From: an uncultured Methanomicrobiales archaeon
GTDB lineage: Archaea; Halobacteriota; Methanomicrobia; Methanomicrobiales; Methanospirillaceae
Assembly: GCA_963697895.1 (NCBI GenBank)
Contig: OY969100.1
Coordinates: forward strand, 1,664,001-1,728,000
Direction: 5' to 3'
Length of the DNA stretch: 64,000 nt
The notes under the pieces were generated by a model, which saw only the letters and a list, made by a program, of their open reading frames with translations, had not been told where the DNA came from and did no database searches. Shown here one piece after another: positions 33,207 through 43,227 of this stretch (position 1 is its first letter; every line of letters starts with the position of its first letter). Made by a program: the position numbers and the translations under genes.

Positions 33207-33809
33207 ATGCCTGTTACCTGGATACCCGGGAGGACGTATTACGGAAATGCATATCTCGTGGGTACTGTTCTCGTTGATGCAGGGGTCTCTCCGGTCACGG
33301 TATTCCCGTATAAAGATGACATTTCGATGATTGTCCTCACCCACTGCCATTTCGACCATATTGCGTACGTTAGGGAGATCAGAGAATTGTGCGGGGCGAG
33401 CATCTGTATCCATGCTTTAGACTCTCCTGGCCTCAAGGACGACCGAGAAAGTCTTTCCCTCCATTTTGGTGCACGATCACCCGCCCTGGTTCCGGATCGG
33501 GTCGTCGGTGAGGGGGACCGTGTCGGAGAGCTACGTGTGCTCCATACACCGGGGCATACCCCGGGAAGCATCTGCCTTTTTCATGAGGAAGAGGAGGCAT
33601 TGATCAGCGGCGATACCGTTTTTACCGATGGAGGATTCGGGAGATATGACTTTCCCGGAGGAGATCGAACCGCACTTACGGAGTCTATCGAACGACTCGC
33701 AACACTCGAGGTCCGTGGTCTGTACCCCGGACATGGGACTCCGGTTATTGAAGGAGGGGCCAGGCATATTGCAGCTGCACGAGACCTTTTGCGAGCGGGA
33801 TATGGATAA
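33207..33809 (+). CDS. MBL-fold metallo-hydrolase (glyoxalase II-like)
   Basis: THCHFDH, HTPGHTPG, SGD, PGHG; likely ATG at 33207. Confidence 0.9.
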   Translation: MPVTWIPGRTYYGNAYLVGTVLVDAGVSPVTVFPYKDDISMIVLTHCHFDHIAYVREIRELCGASICIHALDSPGLKDDRESLSLHFGARSPALVPDRVVGEGDRVGELRVLHTPGHTPGSICLFHEEEEALISGDTVFTDGGFGRYDFPGGDRTALTESIERLATLEVRGLYPGHGTPVIEGGARHIAAARDLLRAGYG

Positions 33810-34254
33810 GGGAATCTACTGCCTGATATTCCGGAATCTTTCCAGTACCGTACGGGTGGGTGCTCTGGGAACCATCTCCTTCCCTGGCGGGTGGCATGTT
33901 TATACCGGATCAGCTCAGGGGCCGGGGGGGGTGTCGCGGGTCAGGCGCCATATCAAATATGCCGAACAAGATCGGAAAAAACCCCGCTGGCACGTCGATT
34001 ATCTCCTTGGATCCACCCATTTTAAACTGGTATATGCGGTCTGCGGGATCACGGCCGACAAGATGGAGTGCTCACTCTCAAATCTCATTCTTAATTCGGC
34101 GATAATTCCGATCACCAGGTTCGGCTGTAGTGACTGTAGTTGCAGATCGCACCTGGCTTACTTTTCAGGAAACCCTCTCAAGGAGGTGGTTTCAACCTTT
34201 GAAACGCTCGGGATCCCCGCACGCATCAAAACCATCAATACCCTCAACGCATAG
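33802..34254 (+). CDS. DUF123 GIY-YIG-like nuclease family protein
   Basis: MDKGIYCL, YTGSA, R..RH, WHVDYL, E, FGCSDCSCRSHL; start overlaps the upstream stop. Confidence 0.85.
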   Translation: MDKGIYCLIFRNLSSTVRVGALGTISFPGGWHVYTGSAQGPGGVSRVRRHIKYAEQDRKKPRWHVDYLLGSTHFKLVYAVCGITADKMECSLSNLILNSAIIPITRFGCSDCSCRSHLAYFSGNPLKEVVSTFETLGIPARIKTINTLNA

Positions 34255-34263
34255 TGTAACACT

Positions 34264-34815
34264 ATGAATGTGCTGGGGGTTTCGGGAAGTCTCCGAAAGA
34301 ATGGAAACACGTCATACCTGGTCAATGTCATCCTGAATCGGTGTGCAGATGCAGGACTCACCACCGAGTTTGTATCGCTCGCAGGAAAAGAGATCCGGCC
34401 CTGCCTTGGGTGTGAGAAATGCAAGGAACAGAACTGGTGCATAAACGAGCGGGATGATTGGGATGACGTGATTAGAAAAGTAATGGAATGCGAGGTGCTC
34501 GTGATCGGCTCTCCCACGTATTATTACGACGTGTCCGGCCAGTTAAAAAATTTCATCGACCGCAGTTATTCTTTGTACCACAAGAGGCAACTGGCAGGAC
34601 GTATGGCGGTGGCTGTTGCCGTACACGCGAATAAAGGGGCAGCAAGGACGATTCAGACCATTGAAGGGTTTCTCAGCGCTCATGAATTCTCATACCTCGG
34701 CCATGTGCAGGGAAAGGGATATCTCGAAGGGGAAGTCCGTGGGGATGAATCTGCGGTCAGAAAAGCAGAAAAAATCGGGGATACGATTGTGAAAATCCTT
34801 CGTCCTCATGATTGA
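34264..34815 (+). CDS. Iron-sulfur flavoprotein (Isf)/flavodoxin family
   Basis: SGSLRKNGNT, CLGCEKC(x5)C, GSPTYY, KNFIDR. Confidence 0.88.
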   Translation: MNVLGVSGSLRKNGNTSYLVNVILNRCADAGLTTEFVSLAGKEIRPCLGCEKCKEQNWCINERDDWDDVIRKVMECEVLVIGSPTYYYDVSGQLKNFIDRSYSLYHKRQLAGRMAVAVAVHANKGAARTIQTIEGFLSAHEFSYLGHVQGKGYLEGEVRGDESAVRKAEKIGDTIVKILRPHD

Positions 34816-34997
34816 TCCTTCATGGTTCCCTCCAACCCGATAATTTCACTCCTTTTTCTCTAAAATCATCTGATGATCGGGGATATTCCCGTCGAGTCAC
34901 CTTCGCGGGAGTCCTCGCAATACTTCTCCGCCCCCTTCAATGACCCCACGCAACGCGATGCTTCACGTTTCAACTTACCTGAATAATATCAATTAAA

Positions 34998-36092
34998 TCA
35001 GAGGTATTCGTATAACGTGGATCGCTGGCGCAGTTCCCGGCCCAGGTCATGCGCGAGACGTTCCATCTCCTGGGGATCGAGATAGTCAGTATTGGTCGCT
35101 CCTGCTCCTTTGGAGATCCGCTCCTCATACATGGTTCCTCCGAGATCATCCCCGCCTGACAGGAGCCCGATCTGGGCACATTTCAGCCCGAGTTTCACCC
35201 ACGATACCTGTATGTGGGGAATGTTGTCAAAGTACAGGCGTGATACCGCTATCATCAGGAGATCTTCCCGGCCTGTTGCACCCGCTCGTGCCCTTCCTGA
35301 ACGATAGAGCGGGGTATTCATATGTATGAAGGAGAGAGGAACAAATTCGGTAAAACCTCCGGTCTCATCCTGTATGGTGCGGAGAATGGAAAGGTGACGA
35401 ATGACATCCTGTTCACTTTCACAATGGCCATACATGATGGTGGCGGTCGTCGGAATACCGAGATGATGAGCTTCGCGGATAATTCGTATCCATTCTGCAG
35501 TCAGGATCTTCTGGGGGCAGATCACCGCCCTGACCTCATCCACGAGTATCTCTGCCGCTGTTCCGCACAGTGATCCCAATCCGGCATTTTTCAGGCCTTC
35601 AAGCATCCGTACGGTGGATATCCCGCTTTTCCGAGCCCCATATGCCACCTCCATCGGGTTGCTCGCATGGATATGAATACCGGGTGCTGCAGCCCGGATG
35701 CATTGGATAAGTTCCATATAGGACTGTGCGGTAAAATCGGGATGGAGTCCGCTGACGGTGCAGATCTCCGTTACCCCCCGCTCCTTCGCGAGTGCGGCTT
35801 TATCCCGAATCGTCACATCGTCATGGAAGTATACTTCCGTATCACCCGGTTTTCGGGAGTACCCACAGAATCCGCAGGCATTGACACAGATATTGGTCAC
35901 ATTGATATTCTGGTTTTTTACAAAAGAGACTGTATTTCCGTTTATTTTCTCCCGCAATTCATCTGCGGCGCCGGCAATTTCCCATATCCGACGGTCTCTG
36001 GTCCTGATGAGCCGCAGTGCGTCCTCATCCGAAAGGCGGTGCCCGCCGAGGATATCTTTCAGGAGAACCCGGATGTCGTCCACCTCATTCAC
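34998..36092 (-). CDS. cofH: FO synthase subunit 2 (F420 biosynthesis, radical SAM)
   Basis: NINVTNICVNACGFC, GTAAEIL, TATIMYGH, TGGFTEFVPL, IQVSWVKLG, DLGGT; start probably GTG near 36092 (ORF track opens at 36176). Confidence 0.9.
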   Translation of the reverse strand: MNEVDDIRVLLKDILGGHRLSDEDALRLIRTRDRRIWEIAGAADELREKINGNTVSFVKNQNINVTNICVNACGFCGYSRKPGDTEVYFHDDVTIRDKAALAKERGVTEICTVSGLHPDFTAQSYMELIQCIRAAAPGIHIHASNPMEVAYGARKSGISTVRMLEGLKNAGLGSLCGTAAEILVDEVRAVICPQKILTAEWIRIIREAHHLGIPTTATIMYGHCESEQDVIRHLSILRTIQDETGGFTEFVPLSFIHMNTPLYRSGRARAGATGREDLLMIAVSRLYFDNIPHIQVSWVKLGLKCAQIGLLSGGDDLGGTMYEERISKGAGATNTDYLDPQEMERLAHDLGRELRQRSTLYEYL

Positions 36093-36299
36093 CCATCCGA
36101 CTCTGTCATTGTATGATGGGATTGGACAGATCTGATGATAAATCCGTGGGATGTCAATAGGAGCGACGGGACCCAAGTTGACAGATGGCTGTTATCCGTC
36201 TCTCTCCGGCTGATAGTTAGGACTTTTTCTCTCATTCCGGGTTGTTCAAGTTATCCATGTGTTTATGGATTATCTCGAATATTGTATACGAGGGATCGG

Positions 36300-36602
36300 A
36301 TGATTGAGACAACTGTCCGTCTAAAGAATTCGGTGGGAACCGGGTTTATTATACCATTGGGACCTGTCAACCTGGTGGCCGTGTATACCAAATATGGATT
36401 CGTCGGTTGCGGTGCATTCGACGTATCTGCACTGAATAATTTCGGATATCCTGCCGCACGGGTGAAACCGTCTGGAGTCAGCGCGATTTTGGGCATTGAA
36501 GACATCCTCACCGGCACGATCAAGGAGGCGAATGAAGCGGCACAGCGGTACGGTATAATGAATGGGATGAACGGAAAAGACGCCCTAGACCTCCTCTCCT
36601 GA
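36300..36602 (+). CDS. YunC (DUF1805) family protein
   Basis: GFVGCGAFDV.AL....PAARV...AQRYGI..GM.GKDAL; ATG at 36300. Confidence 0.8.
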   Translation: MIETTVRLKNSVGTGFIIPLGPVNLVAVYTKYGFVGCGAFDVSALNNFGYPAARVKPSGVSAILGIEDILTGTIKEANEAAQRYGIMNGMNGKDALDLLS

Positions 36603-36704
36603 AATGAACGACGGGATAATCGAGATGGAGTTCTTCCGATGGCAGACAGAGCCGGCTGAATCGGCAGTCCAGGGAATAAATGGAGAGGAGCGGGTGACTC
36701 CCCG

Positions 36705-37658
36705 TTATTTTTTCTTACCCGGCTTTTTCTGTTCCTTCTTTCTGGTCAGGTCTTTTTTTCGCGAGTAGAGTTCCCACCCGATCATGATTATAATGAGCAC
36801 GATGGCGATGGGAACGATATACAGGGGAATTAATCCCAGGTAGGGGATAGTAAACAAGGCCTTTCCTACAATCCATTCCCGTTCAACCGGTTCAATGGAA
36901 CCTGTATCGGTGCGCCCGAAATCCTGGCCCTGATCACTGATCTGGTTATTATCACCTTTGGTGATGAGGCCGGCATGAGAGGTCGTGTTATCTGTTGGAA
37001 TGATGTACCCATAGTCCGGGTCGAAATACATTGACGGGATGATGTAACTTTGGTTGGTAAATCCCGGGTTTATCACTATTCCCTGGTTTATTGTACTATT
37101 TTCGGGCGGGGCAGTCCCAACCGGATAAAGAACGTAATACCCTTTGTCATTTGTTCCATCAACATTCATCCGGATGTAATCGATCGGGGTAGTACCGCTA
37201 CCCCCCTTGTAAAATACATAAACCGGAAGAGGCTGGCCAGCCGTTACCTCATCCATTGCCCGATGAATGATCGGGTGATTTTTTGAAAGGATCAGAAATC
37301 CGATGGATGACCAGAAATCCGACACCCCGTTCGGCCGGTAGATGATCACGTCCCCGTATTCTTCATATTTCTGATATCCGGTCAGCTTTCCTTCCTGCCA
37401 GGTCTGTAAATGCCCGTATCGATCTGCCTGCACGACAAAGACCAGGTCTCCGACGTTCATGTGAGGTGCCATGCTTTCTGATTCTATTGTGACCAGTGCA
37501 GGCCATGTACCTGAGACCAGGAATAACACAAGCGCGATTGCGCCGACAACAATGACCACCCAGAGCAGTTCCCGAACAATGACGACCAGAGTATTCTCGC
37601 TCTTTCTGAATCTCTCGATCGGCGATCCCTCTCCGATCAGCGCTTTCGACCCGGACAT
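36705..37658 (-). CDS. Signal peptidase I (S26, archaeal Sec11 type)
   Basis: TM helix, IESESM.P...GD, PIIHR, ITKGDNN..D, C-terminal TM and basic tail. Confidence 0.88.
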   Translation of the reverse strand: MSGSKALIGEGSPIERFRKSENTLVVIVRELLWVVIVVGAIALVLFLVSGTWPALVTIESESMAPHMNVGDLVFVVQADRYGHLQTWQEGKLTGYQKYEEYGDVIIYRPNGVSDFWSSIGFLILSKNHPIIHRAMDEVTAGQPLPVYVFYKGGSGTTPIDYIRMNVDGTNDKGYYVLYPVGTAPPENSTINQGIVINPGFTNQSYIIPSMYFDPDYGYIIPTDNTTSHAGLITKGDNNQISDQGQDFGRTDTGSIEPVEREWIVGKALFTIPYLGLIPLYIVPIAIVLIIIMIGWELYSRKKDLTRKKEQKKPGKKK

Positions 37659-37855
37659 GTTTAATACCTGTTTCTATCTCTCCTGATATAATTCACACGC
37701 GTGCGTCTGAAGATAGGGGCCAGGACAGGGTCCCTAAATCCTCGAGTTCTTTTATTTGAATATACCCACTATGTTACAACTAGCGGGTATACATCTTTTC
37801 ACATCTGGTGTCCAAAGGTAAAGCCCTATATTTCTAACCCGACACTATATGATCA

Positions 37856-39256
37856 ATGCTCGATATGCAATTGATCGTGCAGCGATTCCTCGATACCAAG
37901 CTGCAGGTTCATCCGGATGTGGTGCGTTATCTGAGCGAACAGGGCGATCCCGGGTTGATCGATCGTGTTATTGCTGAAATTCCCAACGATACCATCGTGG
38001 TATCTCTTAATCATGTGCCGGGGATTGCCACTGAACGGGATGGTACCCGATTCCTTGCGGATCCCGCCGTTGAGGTGATCACCGGAGCGGCCGGCTCCAG
38101 TGGAAGTGTGGTCAGGGTAGAGGATTATGTCCATTATTTCAGAGACCGGTATAATCGTCTCGGTACCATTATCCGGAACAGATGCAGTCCGGTACCTATA
38201 GAAGGATTAAAGAAGGCGGCCCGTTACAGGCAGGAACAGTGTGCGATCCTTGGTATGGTCAACGACGTGCGCACAAGTACAAACGGCCACCGCATCGCTG
38301 AACTGGAGGACACCACAGGGAGCATTTCAGTTCTGTTTAACAAGGAGAGGCCGGGTTTTCCTGATGCAGAGGAATTGCTTCCCGATGAAGTAGTCGGTGT
38401 CCGCGGGACGCTGTCGTCTGATGGCCGTATATTTTTTGCCGATCAGCTCTACCGACCGGATGTCCCGCTCAGTCATGCTCCTTTTATGAGCGAAACACCG
38501 GGCAAAGCAATTTTGATCTCTGATGTGCATGTCGGGAGTGATACATTTCTGGACGGAGTCTGGAACAGGTTTGCAGATTGGCTGGATGATTCCGACGCTT
38601 CTTATCTGCTCATCGCCGGAGATCTGGTGGATGGAATCGGGGTATATCCGGGTCAGGAACAGGAGTTGACCATCCGTAATATATATGAACAGTATGATGT
38701 GTTCGGTGAGATGCTGCGCGGTCTCAACCCGCATATCCGAATCATAATATCCCCGGGAAACCATGATGTCGTCCGCGGTGCAGAACCCCAGCCGGCGATC
38801 CCGGTGCAGTTCACATCCCGTTTTCCATCGAACTGCATTTATGTGGAGAACCCGGCGATGATCAGCCTCCAGGGCATCAGGGTCCTTATGTATCATGGAC
38901 GCTCAATCGACGATATGATAGGAACAATTCCCGGGGCTTCGTATGAGAATGCCGCGATTATGATGGAGGGGATGCTAAAACGCCGGCACCTTGCCCCCAC
39001 CTATGGCCGGAGGACCCCGATTGCCGCAGACCGCCATGACCAGCTGCTCATCGACCCGCTTCCAGAGGTTCTCCACACCGGTCATGTGCACATCGCCGGA
39101 ATGACACAATACCGGGGGATCCTCGGAATTAACGCGGGAACCTGGCAATCTCAGACTGCATTCCAGAAACAGATGAATATCAACCCGACACCGGGAAAGG
39201 CAGTGTATCTTGATCTCCAGACCCTGGTCCCCCGGCTGATGGATTTTAGCTCATAG
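37856..39256 (+). CDS. polB: DNA polymerase D small (exonuclease) subunit DP1
   Basis: OB-fold region, SDVHVGS, AGDLVDG.G.YP.Q, PGNHD, YHGRS, RRHLAP, GHVH. Confidence 0.93.
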   Translation: MLDMQLIVQRFLDTKLQVHPDVVRYLSEQGDPGLIDRVIAEIPNDTIVVSLNHVPGIATERDGTRFLADPAVEVITGAAGSSGSVVRVEDYVHYFRDRYNRLGTIIRNRCSPVPIEGLKKAARYRQEQCAILGMVNDVRTSTNGHRIAELEDTTGSISVLFNKERPGFPDAEELLPDEVVGVRGTLSSDGRIFFADQLYRPDVPLSHAPFMSETPGKAILISDVHVGSDTFLDGVWNRFADWLDDSDASYLLIAGDLVDGIGVYPGQEQELTIRNIYEQYDVFGEMLRGLNPHIRIIISPGNHDVVRGAEPQPAIPVQFTSRFPSNCIYVENPAMISLQGIRVLMYHGRSIDDMIGTIPGASYENAAIMMEGMLKRRHLAPTYGRRTPIAADRHDQLLIDPLPEVLHTGHVHIAGMTQYRGILGINAGTWQSQTAFQKQMNINPTPGKAVYLDLQTLVPRLMDFSS

Positions 39257-39263
39257 ATTTAAG

Positions 39264-39848
39264 TCAGGTGAGAATCTTCCGGATAAAGTGCTCATGGATT
39301 CGCGTATCTTCCACCAGTTCCGGATGGAAGGCAAACGCGGAATATAACCCCTGTTCCACGGCAACCACTCCCTGCGGCAGCCTTGCGATCTGTTCAACTC
39401 CGGTCCCACACCGCGAAATACAGGGTGCCCGTATAAATACCGCATGAAATGGTCTTTCCATATCTTTTATCGGGAGATCGACTTCAAACGATTCCTTCTG
39501 TCTTCCGAATGCATTTCGGGTTACCGTGATATCCATCAACCCGAGGCACTCCACTCGAGGATCGTCTGCATCGGTTGCCATCAGGACCATCCCGGCACAG
39601 GTAGCAAAAATACCACCTTCAAATGCCTGGATAGTGCGCTGTAAGTGATTTTCCCGGATGAGGCGGGATATGGTCGTCGATTCTCCACCGGGAATGGCAA
39701 GGGCATCGAGACGCGAGATGTCTGACGCATTCCGGACCGGTATAACCCGGGATCCATCCTGCTCTATCTGATGAAGTGCCCTTTGAAACGCCTGGATGTG
39801 TTCGGTCACATCCCCCTGGAGGCCGAGGACCCCAATGTTAACGGCCAC
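39264..39848 (-). CDS. pdxT: PLP synthase glutaminase subunit
   Basis: GVLGLQG, PGGEST, TCAG, RNAFGRQ, FIRAP, FHPEL; GTG start about 39848 overlapping the pdxS end. Confidence 0.93.
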   Translation of the reverse strand: MAVNIGVLGLQGDVTEHIQAFQRALHQIEQDGSRVIPVRNASDISRLDALAIPGGESTTISRLIRENHLQRTIQAFEGGIFATCAGMVLMATDADDPRVECLGLMDITVTRNAFGRQKESFEVDLPIKDMERPFHAVFIRAPCISRCGTGVEQIARLPQGVVAVEQGLYSAFAFHPELVEDTRIHEHFIRKILT

Positions 39849-40734
39849 GGTTCTGCAGCACCTCATCATCTTTGAGCGTGTGGATATCCAGACCCCGCAT
39901 CGCTTCTCCCAGTCCCTTGCTGACTTCCGCAATCATCTTTGGATCATCGAAGTGGTTGACTGCCTCGACGATTGCCCTCGCCATCTTCGTCGGCTGGGTC
40001 GCATGGAAGATACCTGACCCTACAAACACACCGTCTGCACCCATCTGCATCATGAGGGCAGCGTCGCAGGGCGTTGCAATGCCCCCCGCTGAAAAATTGA
40101 CTACCGGAAGACGTCCTCGCTGAGTAGTCTCGAGAACGAGTTCAATCGGTGCTTCTATCCTTCGTGCAAGATCCATACATTCATGGGGAGTCCTCCCCTG
40201 GAGACCACGTATTTCCCCCATAATATTGTGCATATGCCTGACCGCTTCCACGACATTTCCTGTACCTGCCTCACCTTTTGTCCGAATCATCGCCGCTCCC
40301 TCCTGGATCCGGCGGAGTGCTTCTCCCAGATCTCGTGCGCCACAGACAAACGGTATACGGAATGCAGTTTTTTCAATATGGAACTCTTCATCAGCCGGTG
40401 TCAGCACCTCACTCTCATCGATCATATCGACTCCGAGAGTCTCAAGAACTTGTGCCTCCACGATATGGCCTATCCGTACTTTTGCCATCACGGGAATGGA
40501 TACCGCATCCATAATCCCGAGTACCTTCTCCGGGTCGGCCATCCGCGCGACTCCTCCCGCTTTCCTGATGTCCGCCGGGACCCGCTCCAGCGCCATTACT
40601 GCGACGGCTCCGGCTTCCTCTGCAATACGAGCCTGCTCGGCATTCACCACATCCATGATCACCCCCCCCTTCTGCATGGATGCAAACCCGCGCTTCAGGA
40701 GCTCGGTGCCAAATCTCAGTTCCTCGAGTTTCAT
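39838..40734 (-). CDS. pdxS: PLP synthase lyase subunit
   Basis: [51 protein letters not shown]. Confidence 0.96.
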   Translation of the reverse strand: MKLEELRFGTELLKRGFASMQKGGVIMDVVNAEQARIAEEAGAVAVMALERVPADIRKAGGVARMADPEKVLGIMDAVSIPVMAKVRIGHIVEAQVLETLGVDMIDESEVLTPADEEFHIEKTAFRIPFVCGARDLGEALRRIQEGAAMIRTKGEAGTGNVVEAVRHMHNIMGEIRGLQGRTPHECMDLARRIEAPIELVLETTQRGRLPVVNFSAGGIATPCDAALMMQMGADGVFVGSGIFHATQPTKMARAIVEAVNHFDDPKMIAEVSKGLGEAMRGLDIHTLKDDEVLQNRGR

Positions 40735-41657
40735 ATGCCGTACATATTCGTGAGGGTACCCCATAAAATGAGTGCAATAATGACAATAAGGGAGAAGGCA
40801 ACCGCCACAACCCTGACTGCGCGGACGATCTCCTTTCCTGTTGATTCAAGGTCCTTTTCGCCATCTCCTATCGTGTAAATACCGGGTTTTTCGAATTTTA
40901 CCCCGACCCCTCCTGCCATAACTGCCATCGGGATTCCGCCGTTAATTCCCGGGCGTTTTCTCCGGTCCCGGATCAGGGTATGATAGGCGGGGCGAAATCT
41001 TCCCTGTACCCCAAAATAGACAAGTAAGAGGAGACCGGAGATACGGGCGGGGATAAAGTTCAAGATGTCATCCATCCGTGCCGGCCACCACCCGATATGC
41101 AAACGCTCATCGCGATACCCAAGCATTGCGTCCATTGTATTTGCGACTCTGAAAACGGCCGCGCCCGTGAGGCCGAATATACCAAAATAGAATATCGGAG
41201 AGATGATACTATCGACGAGGTTTTCCGTCATTGATTCGTATGCTGCCGAACGCACCTGTTCGTGGTTCAGATCATGGGTGTCCCGGGAAACGAGCATCCC
41301 TGCCTGATCCCTGGCCTCGGAAATATCTGTCCGGAGGGAGGAGATCACCGCTTCTGTATGTTCTTCCAGAGAACGCCAGGCAAAACATATTTTCAGAAGG
41401 AATGGTCCGATAAGAAGATACAGGAACCATGGTGCATACCTGCCGAACAAATAGAACGGGACCGCAAAAAGGAATATCGTCAGGAACCATAAGAGAATTC
41501 CCATAATACGCTGGACACGCGGTGGCCACATTTCTGGTCGACCCCACCAACCGATAAACCTCCCGACAATTGCGATTGGATGATACGGGGTCCGGGGATC
41601 ACCGATACACCGGTCAACCACTAGGGAGAGAACTAGGACAAGAGGTTGAAGAATCAT
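40731..41657 (-). CDS. cbiB: Adenosylcobinamide-phosphate synthase CbiB/CobD
   Basis: GDP...[38 protein letters not shown]. Confidence 0.92.
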   Translation of the reverse strand: MILQPLVLVLSLVVDRCIGDPRTPYHPIAIVGRFIGWWGRPEMWPPRVQRIMGILLWFLTIFLFAVPFYLFGRYAPWFLYLLIGPFLLKICFAWRSLEEHTEAVISSLRTDISEARDQAGMLVSRDTHDLNHEQVRSAAYESMTENLVDSIISPIFYFGIFGLTGAAVFRVANTMDAMLGYRDERLHIGWWPARMDDILNFIPARISGLLLLVYFGVQGRFRPAYHTLIRDRRKRPGINGGIPMAVMAGGVGVKFEKPGIYTIGDGEKDLESTGKEIVRAVRVVAVAFSLIVIIALILWGTLTNMYGI

Positions 41658-41863
41658 CAGAATACCGGATCGTCGGGCATATAAAGATTCAAGTTATGTT
41701 CTTGAGGCATGAAGTTCGGATGAATGCTCTTCTCATTCACCCCGTAATACGGGATCGCTCCTTCTGCACGAATAATAGTCGGGGAATTACAGGTTGGAGG
41801 AATTGATTTTCCCGCCCCAGGAACCATCTTTTTTTCCTGAATCCACATGTCCCGAAATATCAC
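41657..41863 (-). CDS. Possible small hypothetical ORF or gene remnant
   Basis: 68-codon ORF whose TGA overlaps the cbiB ATG (TGATG); no recognisable motif. Confidence 0.25.
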   Translation of the reverse strand: MIFRDMWIQEKKMVPGAGKSIPPTCNSPTIIRAEGAIPYYGVNEKSIHPNFMPQEHNLNLYMPDDPVF

Positions 41864-41898
41864 TCAGGGTTCTCTAATTTACGTTCTTAACGCAAAAT

Positions 41899-42078
41899 CT
41901 AACATTCACTCCGTGGGAGAAGGTCCGGGATGCCTTCATGAATCGGATACCTGACCCTGCATGCTGCGCAGATGAGCCCCCCTTCCACGATCTCGTCCCC
42001 GGTCTCCTCTCGGACCTGGAGGAGGAGATCTCCTTTGCAGACGGGGCAACAGAGAATATCATGGAGGCGCCGTTTCAT
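41899..42078 (-). CDS. Trm112-family methyltransferase activator (not in the ORF track)
   Basis: Manual translation MKRRLHDILCCPVCKGDLLLQVREETGDEIVEGGLICAACRVRYPIHEGIPDLLPRSEC*; ATGA overlap with the purA stop. Confidence 0.88.
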   Translation of the reverse strand: MKRRLHDILCCPVCKGDLLLQVREETGDEIVEGGLICAACRVRYPIHEGIPDLLPRSEC

Positions 42079-43085
42079 CGTTCCTTCCGGATGTCGATTA
42101 TCTGGGATAGTTCTGGTCCGGTTGAGATGATGGATATCGGGTGGCCGATCTCATCCTCTGCCATGTCCAGGAAATCTTTTGCCCTCTTTGTCAACTTTTT
42201 ATATTCGGTAATACCCGCACAATCTTTATCCACCCGATCGATGCCCGTTATTGCCGCTATGGTGCAGCCGTTCACCATCGCAGAATACTGAGCCATTTTT
42301 CCATCCCATTCCCCGATCCTTCTTTGCCGGTGAGTAACTGTTCCAAATTCCTGTATTCCACGGGAATCGGATTCCGCCCGGCTCATCTCCGTTGAGAACG
42401 GGCCTTCGCCGACACGGGTTGGATATGCCTTGAATACCACGATAACGTCGTCAATTCGCGTCGGTCCTACCCCATTGTCCGCTGCAATCTGAGAAGCGGA
42501 CGTGTCCTTGCTGGTTACGAACGGATACGTGCCGAAGTAGAGCGATATGCCAAATCCCTGAGTCCCCTCGAGCAGTATATTCTCCCCTTTATCGAGAGCG
42601 GCATTTAATTCCATCGGCACATCAGTGAGAAATGAGGCGAGTTCGGGAACATCTTTTGCCTGCCTGGCCGTCCGGAGCACACGGTCTGCATTCGCTGGAC
42701 CACATCCCGTTCCCGTGCTCCCGATTGTCTTTGCCAGATGCTCACTTCCTTTATCCCTAAGGATGTGTTCTTCTTCGATGATCCCACACCTCGCATCGAC
42801 AAAGGTTCGGCCCGCAACCCGGAGAAGATTAACTTCATGAAGAAAAACCCGCGGGTCGACGAGGACTCCCGTTCCAATAAGGAGCCGGGCGTTTGGGTAG
42901 ACGAACCCGGACGGAACCATTCTTACCCCATATTCAGTTTTCCCGATTTGTACCGTATGCCCTGCATTCGGTCCGACACCCCCACGAGATATTATGGTCG
43001 GCCTGTCTTGGTGAGCGATATGGGCAACGATCTTACCTTTGCCCTCATCACCAAAAAATCCGCCGACGATGATGGTACAACTCAT
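42075..43085 (-). CDS. purA: Adenylosuccinate synthetase (short archaeal form)
   Basis: GDEGKGK, GPNAGHT, EGTQG, GTYPFVTS, TRVGEGP, EFGTVT.R.RR. Confidence 0.96.
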   Translation of the reverse strand: MSCTIIVGGFFGDEGKGKIVAHIAHQDRPTIISRGGVGPNAGHTVQIGKTEYGVRMVPSGFVYPNARLLIGTGVLVDPRVFLHEVNLLRVAGRTFVDARCGIIEEEHILRDKGSEHLAKTIGSTGTGCGPANADRVLRTARQAKDVPELASFLTDVPMELNAALDKGENILLEGTQGFGISLYFGTYPFVTSKDTSASQIAADNGVGPTRIDDVIVVFKAYPTRVGEGPFSTEMSRAESDSRGIQEFGTVTHRQRRIGEWDGKMAQYSAMVNGCTIAAITGIDRVDKDCAGITEYKKLTKRAKDFLDMAEDEIGHPISIISTGPELSQIIDIRKER

Positions 43086-43227
43086 GCTTCTATCATGTAG
43101 TATGGGATGACGAACGCCATAAAACTATATACTCCGATGGTGAGGGGATTAGGGCATATGTCCTTTCTTTCCCGAATACACCGAAAAAATGCAAAAATTG
43201 TCGGGATGTTCTTATTCCGGAGGATAA

